This document shows positions 23,403 to 36,602 of a DNA stretch of 64,000 nucleotides, one piece after another. The stretch comes from Podospora anserina (taxonomy: Eukaryota). The notes beneath the pieces are model-generated. The model had not been told where the DNA came from, searched no databases, and saw nothing but the letters and a program-made list of their open reading frames with translations. Position 1 is the first letter of the stretch. Every line of letters begins with the position of its first letter. The stretch lies in the NCBI GenBank assembly GCA_017654855.1, contig CM030335.1:62001-126000 (forward strand), given 5' to 3'. The position numbers were made by a program, and so were the translations under genes.

Positions 23403-25869
23403 ATGGCGTGCCCTCACGTCTCATCAGCCAGTGCGTTCTCCCCTCCTCGATGATGTTGTCTCTTGTGCTGTGATCACTGACCAAGCTCCCTCGACACGTA
23501 GACCTCTCCAAGCCAGGGCCATCCGACCTGGTCTACCGCGAGGACTGCACACAATGCTTTGACTCCATCGACGATCCTGCAGGCCTTGACGTCTGCCTCA
23601 AATGCTTCAACGGCGGCTGTCCTGGCGACCGCAACCATGCCAAGCTCCACAGCACCTCTCACGGCCATCCTTTGGTCGTTAACATTCGCCGCACCCGCAA
23701 GGTGATTGAGCGAGATGAGCCGCCGCTCAAGATGTCCAAGCTGGCCATCGCCGCCGAGACGGAAGCCGATCGATACGAGACCAAGACCACGGTGAAATGT
23801 CTGGAGTGTGGCCTCGACGAGCTCGACAAAGAGGATCCTGCCATCGGCCCCATCGTCGACAGCGTCATGAAGGCGAACACATTTTCTCAGAAGGAAGAGG
23901 TTAAGGCTTGGGAGCAGGAGATGACCAGCTGCGAGCACATTCTGACCTTGCAACAAGATCCACCAAAGCAGATTGAGTCTCAGGATCTAGGCCATTGCTC
24001 CAAGTGTGACTTGAAGGAGAACCTTTGGCTGTGTCTACAGTGTGGCGCCCTGGGCTGCGGACGCGCTCAGTTTGGTGGCGTTGGTGGAAACTCCCACGCA
24101 TTGGCGCACTCTCAAGAAACCGGCCACGGAGTTGCCGTCAAGCTTGGTTCGATCACCCCTGAAGGGACTGCTGACGTCTACTGCTACACATGCGACGAGG
24201 AGCGTGTCGACGAGGAACTTGGGGCTCACCTTGCCAACTGGGGCATTCTCCTTTCGGAGCGTCAAAAGACGGAGAAGAGCCTGACCGAGATGCAGATTGA
24301 GCAAAACCTTCGATGGGAGTTCTCCATGACAACAGAAGACGGCAAGGAACTGACCCCCCAGTTCGGCCCTGGCTTGACGGGTCTGAAGAACCTGGGAAAC
24401 AGCTGTTACCTGGCCAGCATTATCCAATGTCTATTTGACATTCCTGCTTTCCAAGAGCGCTATGGTGCAGGTGTCGGACCTCTTCCCGACGTGCTCGACC
24501 CTGCCCAAGATCTTGAGACCCAGCTGCGCAAAATCGCGGATGGTTTGCTGTCGGGGCGATACTCCAAACCAGAGTCGGACATCACCGTGTCGGAACACTC
24601 GCCCGAGGTTCCTCACCAGAAGGGCCTTCAGCCATCGATGCTCAAGCACCTTATCGGCCGGGGCCATGCCGAGTTTTCCACAATGCGCCAGCAAGACGCG
24701 TTTGAGCTGTTGCAACATGTTATCAAGCTCATCACCCGGTCTAAGCACCCGTCAGGCCTCCCGGACCCCACCCAGTCAATGCGCTTTGTTCTTGAGCAGC
24801 GTCTCCAGTGCCTGAACTGCAAAAAGGTCCGGTACAGCTCCAACGAGCAAGACAGCATCTTTATCGACGTACCCCTCGAAAAGCTGCCAGCCGAAGAAGG
24901 AGAAGAGCCCAAATACAAGCCAGTCACATTGAAGGAGTGCCTCGACAATCTCACAGCCACAGAGGTGGTTGAACTTGGCTGTACCTCTTGCAGCAGCAAG
25001 GACGGCTTCTCCAAGCGCACCTTGTTCAAGACCTTCCCCGAGGTGCTCGTGGTCAATGCTCGCAAGATGGCGGTTGTCAACTGGGTCCCTGTAAAAGTAG
25101 ATGTTCCCGTGCTTGTTGACGATGAGCCCTTTGCCCTGGACAGCTATCTGTCCAAGGGTCAGCAACCTGATGAGGAGGCGCTGCCAGAAGTCGAGGCTGC
25201 CGCGGCAAGCAACGTTCCGGCATTTGTTCCGAATGCCGAGGCGCTCGCCATGTTGGAAGGCATGGGCTTCCCGCGGGTTCGTTGCGAAAAGGCGCTGCAT
25301 GCGACCGGTAACTCGGATGCCAACTCAGCTATGGAGTGGCTGTTTGCGCACATGGAGGATCCCGACATCGATGTTCCTGTTTCTGTTGGTGGCGACAGCG
25401 GATGTGCCAGCGCGGCAGATCCTGAGAAGCTGGCCATGTTGGAAAGCATGGGACTTGGTGGGCCACGAGCAGTCAAGGCGCTCAAAGAGACCAATGGAGA
25501 TGTTGAGCGCGCTATTGAGTGGCTTTTCAGTCATCCGGACGACGGTGGTGCGGTGGATGAAGAGGAAGCGGCGGCACCGGCTGGCGACAAGAAGGGGGCA
25601 GGAAGCGCAGAACTTCCAGCCAACTTTCAGTTGCAGTCTATTGTATGCCACAAGGGCACGAGTATCCATGCCGGGTAAGACTTTACACCACCGGCTGCGT
25701 TAATAAAAGTATACTAACCACACGCTTCAGGCATTACGTTGCCTTTATCCGCAAGAAGCTCGGCGAGCAGACCTCGTGGGTGCTGTTCAACGATGAAAAG
25801 GTGGTCAAGGTGGAGGATGTGGAGGAGATGAAGAAGTTTGCCTACGTGTACTTCTTCAAGCGGGTTTGA
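23403..25869 (+). CDS. UBP14: Ubiquitin C-terminal hydrolase 14 / isopeptidase T, 3 exons
   Basis: ZnF-UBP (NLWLCLQCGALGCGR), Cys box GLKNLGNSCYLAS, two UBA domains, His box HKGTSIHAGHYVAFI. Confidence 0.96.
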
Positions 25870-26208
25870 GAATTTGCGAGCGTTTGTCGTAAAGTCGGAT
25901 TGGCAGACGCGACACAGCGATTTGAGGAATACGAGCGGGACCATAGATAGCATGGAGACTTGGACCAGCGAAGCATGAAACGGAATGCTTCTTCTGAAAT
26001 GGATGTGCAATGATTTGCTGTATCTTGTTCTCTTTGGCTAAAATAAATGTGAGTGTCTGGTTTAGCACAACAACAGAGGTAAATAAATAAAAACAAAGAC
26101 CATGTTTCCACCATTCCCAGTACTCCCAACTCCTTGGCATCCCTAATCAGCGCTGGTGGCCAATGCAAAGATAGGATGCACTGCCCCTATGTTTGCTCAT
26201 GGCAAATC

Positions 26209-27010
26209 TCACTCCACCAACCGATACGAGACCAGCGTCTCGACCTTGTGGTTTGCCGTGCTGAACCCTCTCAGCTGTACCTTTTCCGCGTCCTTGATCT
26301 CCTTGGCATCGCTGTCTCCCCACTCGACGGGCACCTCGCTGTCAGCATCAGCATACACCAGCACGTTGAAGGTGCAATTCCCGCTCAGCTGCGGCAGGAA
26401 CGTGACGCTCGCAGTGATCTGTCGAAAAATCGCCGCAATCTCCTGTTGGATCTCGGCTTCGGTCTTGTCCTTTTCCTTCTCGGTCGCTGTTGGCCTCTCC
26501 TCCCCTGTGTTTTCGTCCCCGATCGGTGTTGATGTTTTTGACTTGGATGATGAGGACGCCTTCTTGAAGATTTGTACATCAAACTGCCATCGCTCCACAT
26601 GTTCACCGGTGTCTTTGTCCGTGATGACAATAACGAGCTTGGAGATCTTGCCGCCGAGCATCCACTTGTCGAGTTGGGACATGATCTTCCTGATGTAGGA
26701 CCGGACCTGATCGTCCGAGGACACGAGCATGTTGAGGCCGTATTTTTTGACAGCGGAGAAGTCTTCGGCAGGATAGACGCCGCGTTGAAAGAGGATAGTA
26801 TGGATGGAATATTGGAACTGGGTTAGAAGAGACAACGATTAGTTGGGACGCCGTTGGAAGGGGGCATATACGGGTGGGAGGGGGTCGGCGGCGACGAACA
26901 AATTCGGCGACTAATTTGGCGGAGCCTTTGAGGGAGAGCTTGTGGACTTTGGATTTGTCTTTGTCGCCGCCTGCTCTGGCAGAGGAGGACCTTTTAGGAG
27001 GGGCCGACAT
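26209..27010 (-). CDS. MAD2: Spindle checkpoint HORMA protein, 2 exons
   Basis: LSLKGSAKLVAEF, ILFQRGVYPAEDF, KKYGL, ERWQFD, RQITASVTFLP, FSTANHKVET. Confidence 0.96.
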
Positions 27011-27392
27011 GATGATGGTTGATGGCAGGTTGTCGCTGTCGTGAGGAAAGTCGATGTCGTTGGTGGCGATGACGGTGCGTTATCTATGGGTATGTGATGT
27101 TGAGGTGGTCGCGGCCAGCTGTGTTTACTTTGGGTTGTAGAGAACAGCGTTGTCAGGGGTTGCGCGGCCGTTTTTGGCGGGGGAAGCGCGCCGAGATTTA
27201 ACCGGCTGTCACTGTGGAACCCTACTGCCAGCGCCAACAAAAACGCATGCTTTTCGCTGTAACTGTAAACCCAAATCACCAAACAACCTTTGTATAGGCT
27301 CACAGTCTCTACCCACCCAAAGGATTCAAACAGCATGGCACGTTTTCTTTCTTTGTCCCGTTCCTCTGTTTTCACAGGGGCCCATATTCACA

Positions 27393-30261
27393 ATGAAGCC
27401 TTCTGTGAGCCGCCTCACCATTATGTTTGGCATTTTATCTCTAGCATTTTCATTTTCTGTTATCTCCATCTGTCTCTCTCATCACTTGGCCCTGTTTGGG
27501 TGTGGGGCCTGCTTGAATTTCCACCCCTATAATGTCGGACACTCCCTGGCTAGACATCCATGGACATCTGCTGTGGTCGACACTTGAGCTCCTTCTATTC
27601 CGCAAGAGACGACAAGTTCAAACACAACTCAAAGAGGCTATCCGTCGTCAACGTCTTACAACACACACATCCCCACTAGAAAATTCTACCAAAAGAAGAC
27701 TATTCTCTTGATCCAGAGAATTGGCACATTTATCTCTTGAGGCAGAGATATCCTGCAAACAGCTGGATCTTCGATCTCTTACTCGCCGATCCTGACACCC
27801 AGATCTGGAAGCTTTCCCTTGTGCTACTGAGCTTTTCCGACTGCGAACCCGAGGAACATTGGGTGTTTGGTCTGTCGGGAATCGTTTAGCCCAACCCCCG
27901 AGGACTACCTGGATCCAAGACCTTGGGGTTTCGTTCGCCTTCCGGACTGGGGATCTGATGACGAGCCGTTGCAACTCGTGTATCTCGACCAACGCGCTGT
28001 TCATGACCGGGTATTTCTAGAGAGAAGTGACTTTGATGACCCTGCGTTGGTCCAGTTCGTTCCGGAGGGCGCGAAACCAGAAGCCGTCACATCTGCGTCG
28101 CCATCCAGTAGCGCTCTTTTGAGTCACACAACCAGTTCTTCCTCGTCAGCTCCCATTACACCAAGTCTTGGTAGCTCTGTTCAATCTGTGCCACGCTCTC
28201 CCTCCTCCGCCCCAGAAAGTCCAGATAGCCCTCGTCTTAACACATCAGGCCTTTGCTCCGCGTCCAACAAGTCCGACTAGTCCCCCATTTCCATCAGATC
28301 TGTTCTCTTTTCTTCTGAACAATCTCGCCCGCCTTCGTCAATTAATCTTCGAGACAGCACTTGAACAAAGCTTTACAACTCTTCCATCATTCATATCCAA
28401 TCTTTCTGTCTTTCTTCCATCAACTCCTGCCGACCCTTTTTCATCCGCCCCCGTTACACCTACGCCAGCCAGTCCAGTCACTTCTACGCCATCCAGCCTG
28501 GGTGCTCCTCTTCGATTCTTTATCAAGCTTTTCGCTTCTTCCCCATCAAGCCCCACCCCCAACACAGTCTTCTTCACCAAGTCACGACAGTCCAGTCGAC
28601 CTCGTTCCATTGAGTGCCGATACCCCAAAGCCAAACACCAAGGCTCCAATGCCAGACCCCCCGGGTTCCCCTGACCCAGCTGAAGATGTCCCGGTTGACG
28701 ATTCTCCCCGAGGCAGGTTCTTGCTATCCTTTGTTAGATTGGTAACTTCCTCCATCCGACATAATGCACTCATCTCCTGTCGGAACTCAAATTCAGGCTG
28801 CCGGTCTGTCATACTTTTCATCTACTCACCATCCAACCCGTTTTTGTAGAGTTGGCGTCACGCCTTCTCGACACGGGAAAAGCACTGCTTCCGGAGGCAG
28901 CACGCCTCCTCCTTGAATATCCAGATTGGGAGGTGGTCATAGATTCCGTCAAGATGGTAGAAGAGATCATGGCCGGGCCTCTTGGCTACGCCCTCTTAAG
29001 TACGATTCTCCAGGTTTCATGGGGGTACGCGGCAATTAAGGCTTCGAAAGCGGCACTATCGAGTCTTGACCACATGGCGAGTATGGTTGGGAGTCATCTT
29101 TGTGTGTTATATCCCAGCGTCAAAGGCTGGGAAGGCACAGAGGCGAGGACGCGTTGGGCAGGTCGTGGTGCAACCGGGAACCCGCCCTGGATTAGAGAGA
29201 TCAGAGCATCGTCTTTTAACAGCTGCGTCTCATGCAGGCACAACTCTGGGCCGTTTCCTTTTCCCCGTGATCCAGAGTGGGCAAGCTACTTTCGATACAT
29301 TACGGACAGGCACAGGTTTCATACCGACCGAAGAGGGGATGCCCAACCAGAACCCCCCCCTCCTCCCGGCTTCACCGCAAGGTCAGCTTCATCACATTCG
29401 CCCCACCCTCCAATACCATCTCCAAAGGACGCGCAATATCTTGCTACGCACTGGCTCCCTGTCTGGGAGGAGACACTCAGAGTCCTCCGTAAGAGACGGA
29501 GCCTCTGGACGAAGACCCGGAGCCAGTCTACCACCCAGGAGCCACCCTCCTTCCCAGTGTACGTTGAGATTCCGAAGAAGAAGAAAGTGAATCCAGAGGT
29601 GCATGCAGTGGAAATATTCCTAGACACACCGCATGGCATGCCAGGTGAATGGCCATCCCTGCACACCCCCTCACGTAATAGGAGACGCACCCCTCCACCC
29701 CCTATCCCAGTTTCGCCTGGCACTGTCAAAGTGAGAATAACCGGTCCAAAGCCGACATCAACATCCGACTACACCATCGCACTTCCTGAGACCCCTCCAG
29801 GTCGTGGCCGTCCTCCTCCACCTGACCGTCGGCCCACAAAGCTCAATAGAGAGACTGGCGAGGAAGCAGGAAAGACGCCAACGTCAACAGGTAATGAGCC
29901 ACAGAAAGGGAATCGTCATGGTACCGGGGCCCTATCGACACCTCCGCAACTCACACAAACACGTCCGCCCAGCCCCTGGACTGGGCCAGGTTCAAGCACA
30001 GGGTGGAATCAAAGCCACTTGACTGCGGATCAAAGGATCGTGCTGCTGAAGTATGTGTCTGGGGGCAGGCCAAGAGTATTTCATGAACTTGTTGGCCCTG
30101 GTGAGAGTATTGAAAAGACTGACGACGGAACTGGCAAGGGTACTGGCAAAACTGACGATCCTACGCCACTACCTAACAAGGAGAAAGACCGATTGCAATC
30201 AATGGGACGACTGGGCTCGTACCTACGAGACACGCGGGGACTTTCCAGCACCACCAGATGA
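27393..30261 (+). other. Orphan Pro/Ser-rich locus: a 469-codon ORF (28852-30261) preceded by overlapping coding-like segments in shifting frames
   Basis: ORFs at 27532-27711, ~27680-27889, 27867-28280, 28168-28674, 28361-28849 and 28852-30261; no recognisable domain; exon structure unresolved. Confidence 0.45.
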
Positions 30262-30902
30262 TGTACCTGTGTACCGTCAGCAGAACATACCACCAGATAC
30301 CGAGGGCTTGATCATATGAGCCACTGCGTCTTTTTTGCCAAGATGCTTCTTTTTTCTTTCTTTTTTTTACAAAAACTTCTTCTTTCATGCTACCCAGTTG
30401 GATAGATAGTTGTGGTCACGGGTCAGTTGTAATGTTCTCAGGTCAAGTGTGTGGATGGACGAGGCAGGCACCCAACCTCATGTGTTCAGATCAGATTTAG
30501 GTATCAGGTAGCTTCTCATTATTGCTTTGCCCCTTGAGTACCCTGTGAGGTGAGACTGATTCGTCCCTAAAATCGGGAAGGAACCGAGATCCGGAGTCCG
30601 GCTTCATCTTCCCGTTGCTTGTCGCTTCGTCTTACCAGACAACGGTGGAAGAGTGGGCTTCTGGCGGTGGTGAGGTGCAGCCGGATATATTGGGTAGGTG
30701 GTCATTTCCACAACTTCAAAACAATTTCTTCAGTTGGGGGCGATGGTGCCAGGGCACGGCATTATGAATCTAAACTACGCTCAGATAGTGTGGTATACAT
30801 GACGTTGTTGGCACAGCGATGCTACCGGGACGACTCGGTGCAAAAACAAAAGGAGTATAGTTGGTGAATTGGAAAAGGACGAGTACGGCGCCACAGACAA
30901 CA

Positions 30903-32582
30903 TCAATAGTTCGAGTTCTGTCTCCTTGGTCTTCTCACACTCGGGGGCTTGTTGATTCTTACCACCGTTTGTCCAGGCGCCGAAAGATCAACATATTGCG
31001 GCCTGTTATCACGAGCCATCGCAGGAGGTGTGTCTGGCACGCTGACTGGCGGCGTGGGAGGTGGTGGCATAGGCCATACCATCTGTGCCGGGTTGAGGAT
31101 GGCGCTCAAAGCACTGGTGGTGCTGACGCTGCTGACGCTGCTGGCTCGGTTCATATGCGCGCCCGATGTCGCGTGGGCTACGTGAAGGCTTCCTCCGGCG
31201 TTGGATGGGGGGACGTATTGTGAACTTCCGGGATGGCCTGCTTGAGTAAGGGGGCCTGGTTTGGAAGGAGGAGCTTGGTAGTACTGAGAGCGGACGGGAT
31301 ACGCCGAGGGAAGAGGAGCTGAGCCAAGCACGCTGGCGGGCGTGGCAGGTGAGAGGGGAGAGACGGGCGATGGAGTGAAGGCGTTGCTGTTTCTCGTCGA
31401 CTCTCTGGTGGGTGATGATACCCGGTTGGCGCGCAGGTTGGTGTTCACAGGGCGCAGTGTTGGGGCGTTCGTGGGTTGCTGCATCGGTAGCTGATCCTGC
31501 CGTTGAGAGTTACGTCTCGCGGCTCCGGCGGCCGACACGGAGCCACCAGCACCTCCTGCGATTAAGGTCTTGTCCATACCTTCAGCTCCATGAGCGCTGA
31601 CGGGATATGAGCTTCCTGGTCTGCCATTGAACTTCTCTACTACCCTTTGAAGGGCCTGTGGCTTTTTCTTGCGAAGGAAAAAAATAAGAAGTGCAACCAG
31701 GGCAAGGAGACCAAGCAAGCCAACTTGAAACCGTTAGTCAAGGAACAGCATGATACCAAACAGGATAAACTTACCAACGATACCAGCAATGGCGCCGCCA
31801 CCCAGCCCACCGCTTGTTGACAAACCATTATTGTTAGGCGTCCCCGGTGAGTCAATTGTGCCGTTCGTCGACCCAGGAACGATGTGTCCTCCATTTCCCT
31901 CGTTTCCTCCAGATCCTACGCTGCCTCCTGGTCCCGAACCTGAACCTGATCCCGGTCCACCACCCGCTGAACCGCCGAAGCCAGCAGTCGCGCCATCCTG
32001 TCCACCTCCTGAAGAACCTTGCCCCCCCGGAAACTGGTCGTCGGGTGTAGGGTCTAGAGGAGCGGACCCCACGAGCGGGACAAGGGTTGGTGATGATGAG
32101 TCCTGTTGACCTCCCCCTGCCTGAGCCCCGCCTCTATCCGTTGCTGTTGGTGTGCCCTCATTAACTTTATCTGTTGCCCCTCCATCCGCCGGTCTCCGTG
32201 TCGTTGCCGGCTGCTGCTGTTCTGGTGTTGTTGCTGGGTTGTTTGCTACCGCCTTTGCTGTTGTTGGCGTCGGTGCTGGGGACGACTGAACAGGCGCTGG
32301 TGCCGGAGCCGGAGCTGGTACCGGGGTTGGTGTTGGAGAGGGTTTTGGCGTTGGAGCGGGTGTCGGCGAAGGTGTTTCCACTTTTGAGGTCGTTGTTGGT
32401 CTACCATTAAACCATCCTCCTCCTCCTCCACCACCACCACCTTTTGTTGTCCGACTAGAACATCGAGGATCCCATGGGTACCATTTGCACCACCAGTCCC
32501 AATTAAACCCTCCTTGCCTTGCACGTAAGTGATTGTGGTGTCCAGCGTGGCTCCCGACGTGATTTCCACCGTGGATATGCAT
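30903..32582 (-). CDS. Single-pass membrane protein with Pro/Thr/Gly-rich ectodomain (Mid2/Wsc/mucin-like), 2 exons
   Basis: GLGGGAIAGIV|VGLLGLLALVALLIFFLRKKK TM plus positive-inside motif; intron ~31773-31726; Pro/Ser-rich cytoplasmic tail. Confidence 0.8.
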
Positions 32583-33552
32583 TGCTATGAGTCGTTGATG
32601 CGGTCGTCTTTTCTACCTTTTACAATCATCCCTCTTCCAAACAACCGCACTTTGGCCAAACGAGTGATGCCAAATGTGGACGGTGCTGTTCTACACAACT
32701 GCAGCAAACGAGTGAAAGGAGTGTGACGAGCATGACCCAAGTAGGTGGGAAGCAGCCTTGGGATAAGCAGTGAGGGGACGCAGGGCTTTGACTGACAACG
32801 CGACGTCGGGTGATATCGGTGCATCAAGCGAGTCCGCCAAGGCCAGAGAGGCTATTCCGGAAAGGAGGGCGTGTTGGCTTGGCCTGCATGGCTGCTAGGG
32901 TCGGGGTGACAACGGGGATGTGGTACCCTTGTATCGAGAGCGGTACCTGCAGAACGCTTGGCCTGAAGAGGGAGAGCACTGACAATGGCATTGCACATGT
33001 GAGATTGATGAGATTGACAGGACAGGGTCTGCAGATGCACTGGAAGGGGACAAATGCGCGCAGAGGGCGAGAATGCTGCTGTGAGGCCCGGGAGATGCAG
33101 TGAAGATCTGTGGGAGATGGACGATAACCAGAGTTCGGATGTCGTGTTTCAGTTCTTGATATCACCCTGTGTTGGCGCAATGGTGGGGATGTGGCGGTCA
33201 CCCTCACGGCCCATGATCCGAACCGCTCCCCGCTACCGAGCTGAGGTAGAAACTAAGCCGTACCGAGCACTAGGTAGTCGATCAAAAAACAGCAAAAAGT
33301 GATGGATGACAAAACAACTGGGTTGCATTTTCTCGATGGTGGGGATTTTGAGACGGTCAATCAACTGAATACAAGGTAGCGCCTATAAAGTGGTAAATAC
33401 CTAAATGAAACTCTATTTTGTTTTTCATCTACACCATGAGGAGCTACGTCTGGGCAAGTAGTATAAAAGCCAGTCTGATGTCACTCCCAACCACATGTTA
33501 GAAGTTCCTACGTCTTCAAGTCTAGGTCTCCAGCCGATCTCGGTTCCGCCTA

Positions 33553-34677
33553 TTAGAAACCATGCTTTCTCAGGAACTTGACGGTATCTGCCATCAACTG
33601 CTCCGCAGTATCATGATACAAGATGAGATGCCCCGTTTCTGGATACACCTTCACATCATACCCCGTCGCCTCTGGAAACTTCCTATACAGATCCCAGGGC
33701 TGATGTTTGCAGTACTGCCCGCCACAGAATGTCGAGTCCTCTGTTGAATTGTGTTAGCACGGTGAATCAATCACGTCGTTCAGAGCAGACTCACGATCTC
33801 CGATGCCCAAAAATACAGGGCCTCTGTACTCTGGCGCGTCAACAAGGTGATAGGTAAATGTGATGGCCGCTCCCAGACTGTCGAAGTCTCTCGTCAACCA
33901 GTCGTACTCGACAATATCCTCTTCATAGCTCCCCGCAAAGCAGGCAGCCCTCCTTCCCTCCCTGTTGGCCTGAGTCTGGTAGTACGGCTCCAAATGTCCC
34001 CACTTCTCGGGGTCAATTTGCTGAGCTGGCCCTTGCAACCCAGCCAGGAAGGCGGGATAGATCCATGTCGCGTCCCAAGAGATGCCATGCAGTACTACAG
34101 CGTCAGAATCATCTGGATGCTGTAGGGCAAGGGAGTTCGCAACAATGGCACCGATGCTGAAGCCTACAAGAGCGACTTTGTCCCATTGTCGGTTGCCAAC
34201 CACGCTTGTCTCCTTGAGCTGTCGAATAACGGAGTGGGCTGTCTCGACGTAGACTTGGGTCTGCGATTCGAGCAATCCGTCGGGAAAGGAACTGTTGCCG
34301 TTACCTGGGAGGTCGATGGACAGAGTGGGGTAGCCCTCGACTTGCGTCATGCGGCGCACCCAGGAATAGGATTCGGGTTTGTAGGCCACGTCCCACATGT
34401 TTTTGTTGAAGGTCGCGCCGTGAATTAAAAGTTGGATCGTGTCTGAGGCGGCCACAGAGCTAGCGGGCTCGCAGTACCGGGCAGAAATGTTGTAAGTGTT
34501 GGTCACGAGGACTTGGCGTGTAGCAAGGGCGTAGAGAACCTCGGCCGAATATGCCGAGGTCTCAAAGTCATGGTGAGGGACGGTCGAGGTTACTGGAACG
34601 CTGAGACTAAGATCGTGACATGTTGGTTGTTGCAGGGAGCGGATGGCCGAGGCCAGCATCAGAGGAGTGCGGCGCAT
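33553..34677 (-). CDS. Alpha/beta-hydrolase fold protein, probably secreted, 2 exons
   Basis: ISARYCEP, QLLIHGATF, IDLPGNGNS, VGFSIGA nucleophile elbow; last exon DSTFCGG...PETGHLILYH. Confidence 0.85.
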
Positions 34678-35415
34678 GGCTGGTGTGAAGTGGGCACGAA
34701 AGGGGTCCAGGGGTATTGTGGGTAAGGTTGGTCGTGCTTCAGGGTTAGGGTGGCAGCGGTTGAACAGCAAGTGTCTTCTTCGGCAGTTCCAGCGTGTTTA
34801 CGGCGCGGGTTTAATACGAGTTGTGCTTTCCATCATTGATTGTACGGGCTGGCATCAACGAGCATTGGACCGGAGTTCTGTGGTGGTTCTATTGATCATC
34901 GCATTCCCCTGAACGGGGATAACGAGACCCTGCGGCGGTCTTTACAGGACCCGACAACCTGGGTCAGGGTAAGTCCGACAATTTTGATGTCATGTTGCAT
35001 ACCAGGCGTTGCCGATCCTGCAGGTCCCTCATCCAGCCGCCCTGGGGCAAGACATTCCTCCCTCTCTCACGCACCAAGATGAAAAAACAGGGAGACATGC
35101 TGGGCGCCAAGTGTCCGTCTTGATTCTATGCAACCCCCGGGGAACTTGGGAACTTTCCCGCTGAAATGAAAAATGGGGGGGCGGGGGGGGGAAATGGTCT
35201 TCGATGATGCCAACACTAGCTACATGTAGCCAATAGCACAATTTTCGAGCAGCACAGAAAATCAACTCACAGCTCAAATCAAAGGCGCCAAGAGCAAATG
35301 CAAAACCAGAATTTTGTTTGCTTTAACCTGGGAAGCCGTGGTTCCTCCTCTGCATCTAATGTTGAAGCTTTTCAAGGTACATGATAACCAATCCATCATC
35401 CCGCTCTCCAGTTGC

Positions 35416-36078
35416 CTACAAATCAGAGTGAAATGTGTTGTCACCCTCCCCAACCGCATCATTGCCAGCATCTATCTCTTCTACGACCTCGTGATGTGGA
35501 ATCTTTCCATCCTTGAAATAAAAGTCACTGACCAGTGTCCCTTCCGACCACCATGCCGTCTGTTTGCCAAGGGTTCCAACGCTGAAGAAGACATCTCCTG
35601 CCCCTACCCTCAGGCATTTGCCGCTAGGCACTCGCAAATCTCCTGCATTACCGTTAGCGAAAAGGCCATGGTAAGAGTGTGCAAAGAACGTACCAATACC
35701 TGCACTCATCAAGATCAAGCTCGGCTCCGGAGCCGGATGAGCAGGCATGTAGCTATCCCCATGAAAAATATACTGATATGCTTTATCAAAACCCCCCTCC
35801 CAGTGCAGCCGAATGGCATTGTCAATATCGATGTCGGTCAAATCCGGATCGACGGTATCGATGGACCAACACTCGAGAGTGTTCTCCCATTCTCCCGTTG
35901 TGGTGTTCTTGGCTTGCGTCAATGCTGGCAGAATCACTTTGCTGGGGTGGGCAGACTTTGGGCAGCGAATCTGGCAGTCGGTGGTCTCTTGACCGTGGCG
36001 GTCGAACTGAGGGACGTGCCGAGTCCCGTGAAGGGCAGCAGCCACCAGGGGGAGGCAGGCAGTAAGGATGGACTGCAT
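35416..36078 (-). CDS. Small secreted protein with cupin-like motif, 2 exons
   Basis: Signal MQSILTACLPLVAAAL; TLECWSI, PAHPAPEP, GDVFFSVGTLG; 51-nt intron at 35693-35643. Confidence 0.7.
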   Translation of the reverse strand: MQSILTACLPLVAAALHGTRHVPQFDRHGQETTDCQIRCPKSAHPSKVILPALTQAKNTTTGEWENTLECWSIDTVDPDLTDIDIDNAIRLHWEGGFDKAYQYIFHGDSYMPAHPAPEPSLILMSAGIGTFFAHSYHGLFANGNAGDLRVPSGKCLRVGAGDVFFSVGTLGKQTAWWSEGTLVSDFYFKDGKIPHHEVVEEIDAGNDAVGEGDNTFHSDL

Positions 36079-36602
36079 CTGGGCGCTTTTGGCAAACATC
36101 GCTGGAATAGTTTGGTAAAGTCGGTGGTACGGCAGAACAATGACCGGATAGCTGTAGGAAGGGACTGAGGCTTGTTCAAAATAGGTCAAGTGGCTTGCGA
36201 TTTGCAGGCACCAAACTGCGGTTGTGTTTGGATCCTTCGGAGCTTTTGAGCGCCGCATTTGTGCATGAGATACGGCTGGTTGATATTTGAAACCCAAGTC
36301 CTGTATCCAGGGTTTTGGTGAGAAAAGAGTATCGGTGATAGAATTCTCTGTACTCCGGTCCAAATCTGCAGCAGGTCGAGCATCGTATATAAAGTGGCCC
36401 CGGCCAAGAATATGAACGAGAATCATGATGTTCTGTCGTGTCATGATCAGCACCCTGCCAATCATAACAGTCGGTCTTAATCCCTAATTCCGCTGTCTTT
36501 TTCCTTGGTTTGAGACGGGGTCTTTTTACTACCACTGCATTGTGCAAGGCGTTGCGTCAGCGTACCTACCTACCTACCTACTCTTTCATACATTTTGCCA
36601 AG

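Noticed and set aside
34741-34751. AGGGTTAGGGT (and CCCTAACCC at 9180-9188) as a telomerase template or telomere remnant
   Set aside because: Under two repeat units. The first lies in the hydrolase 5' region, and neither lies within the structured interval.
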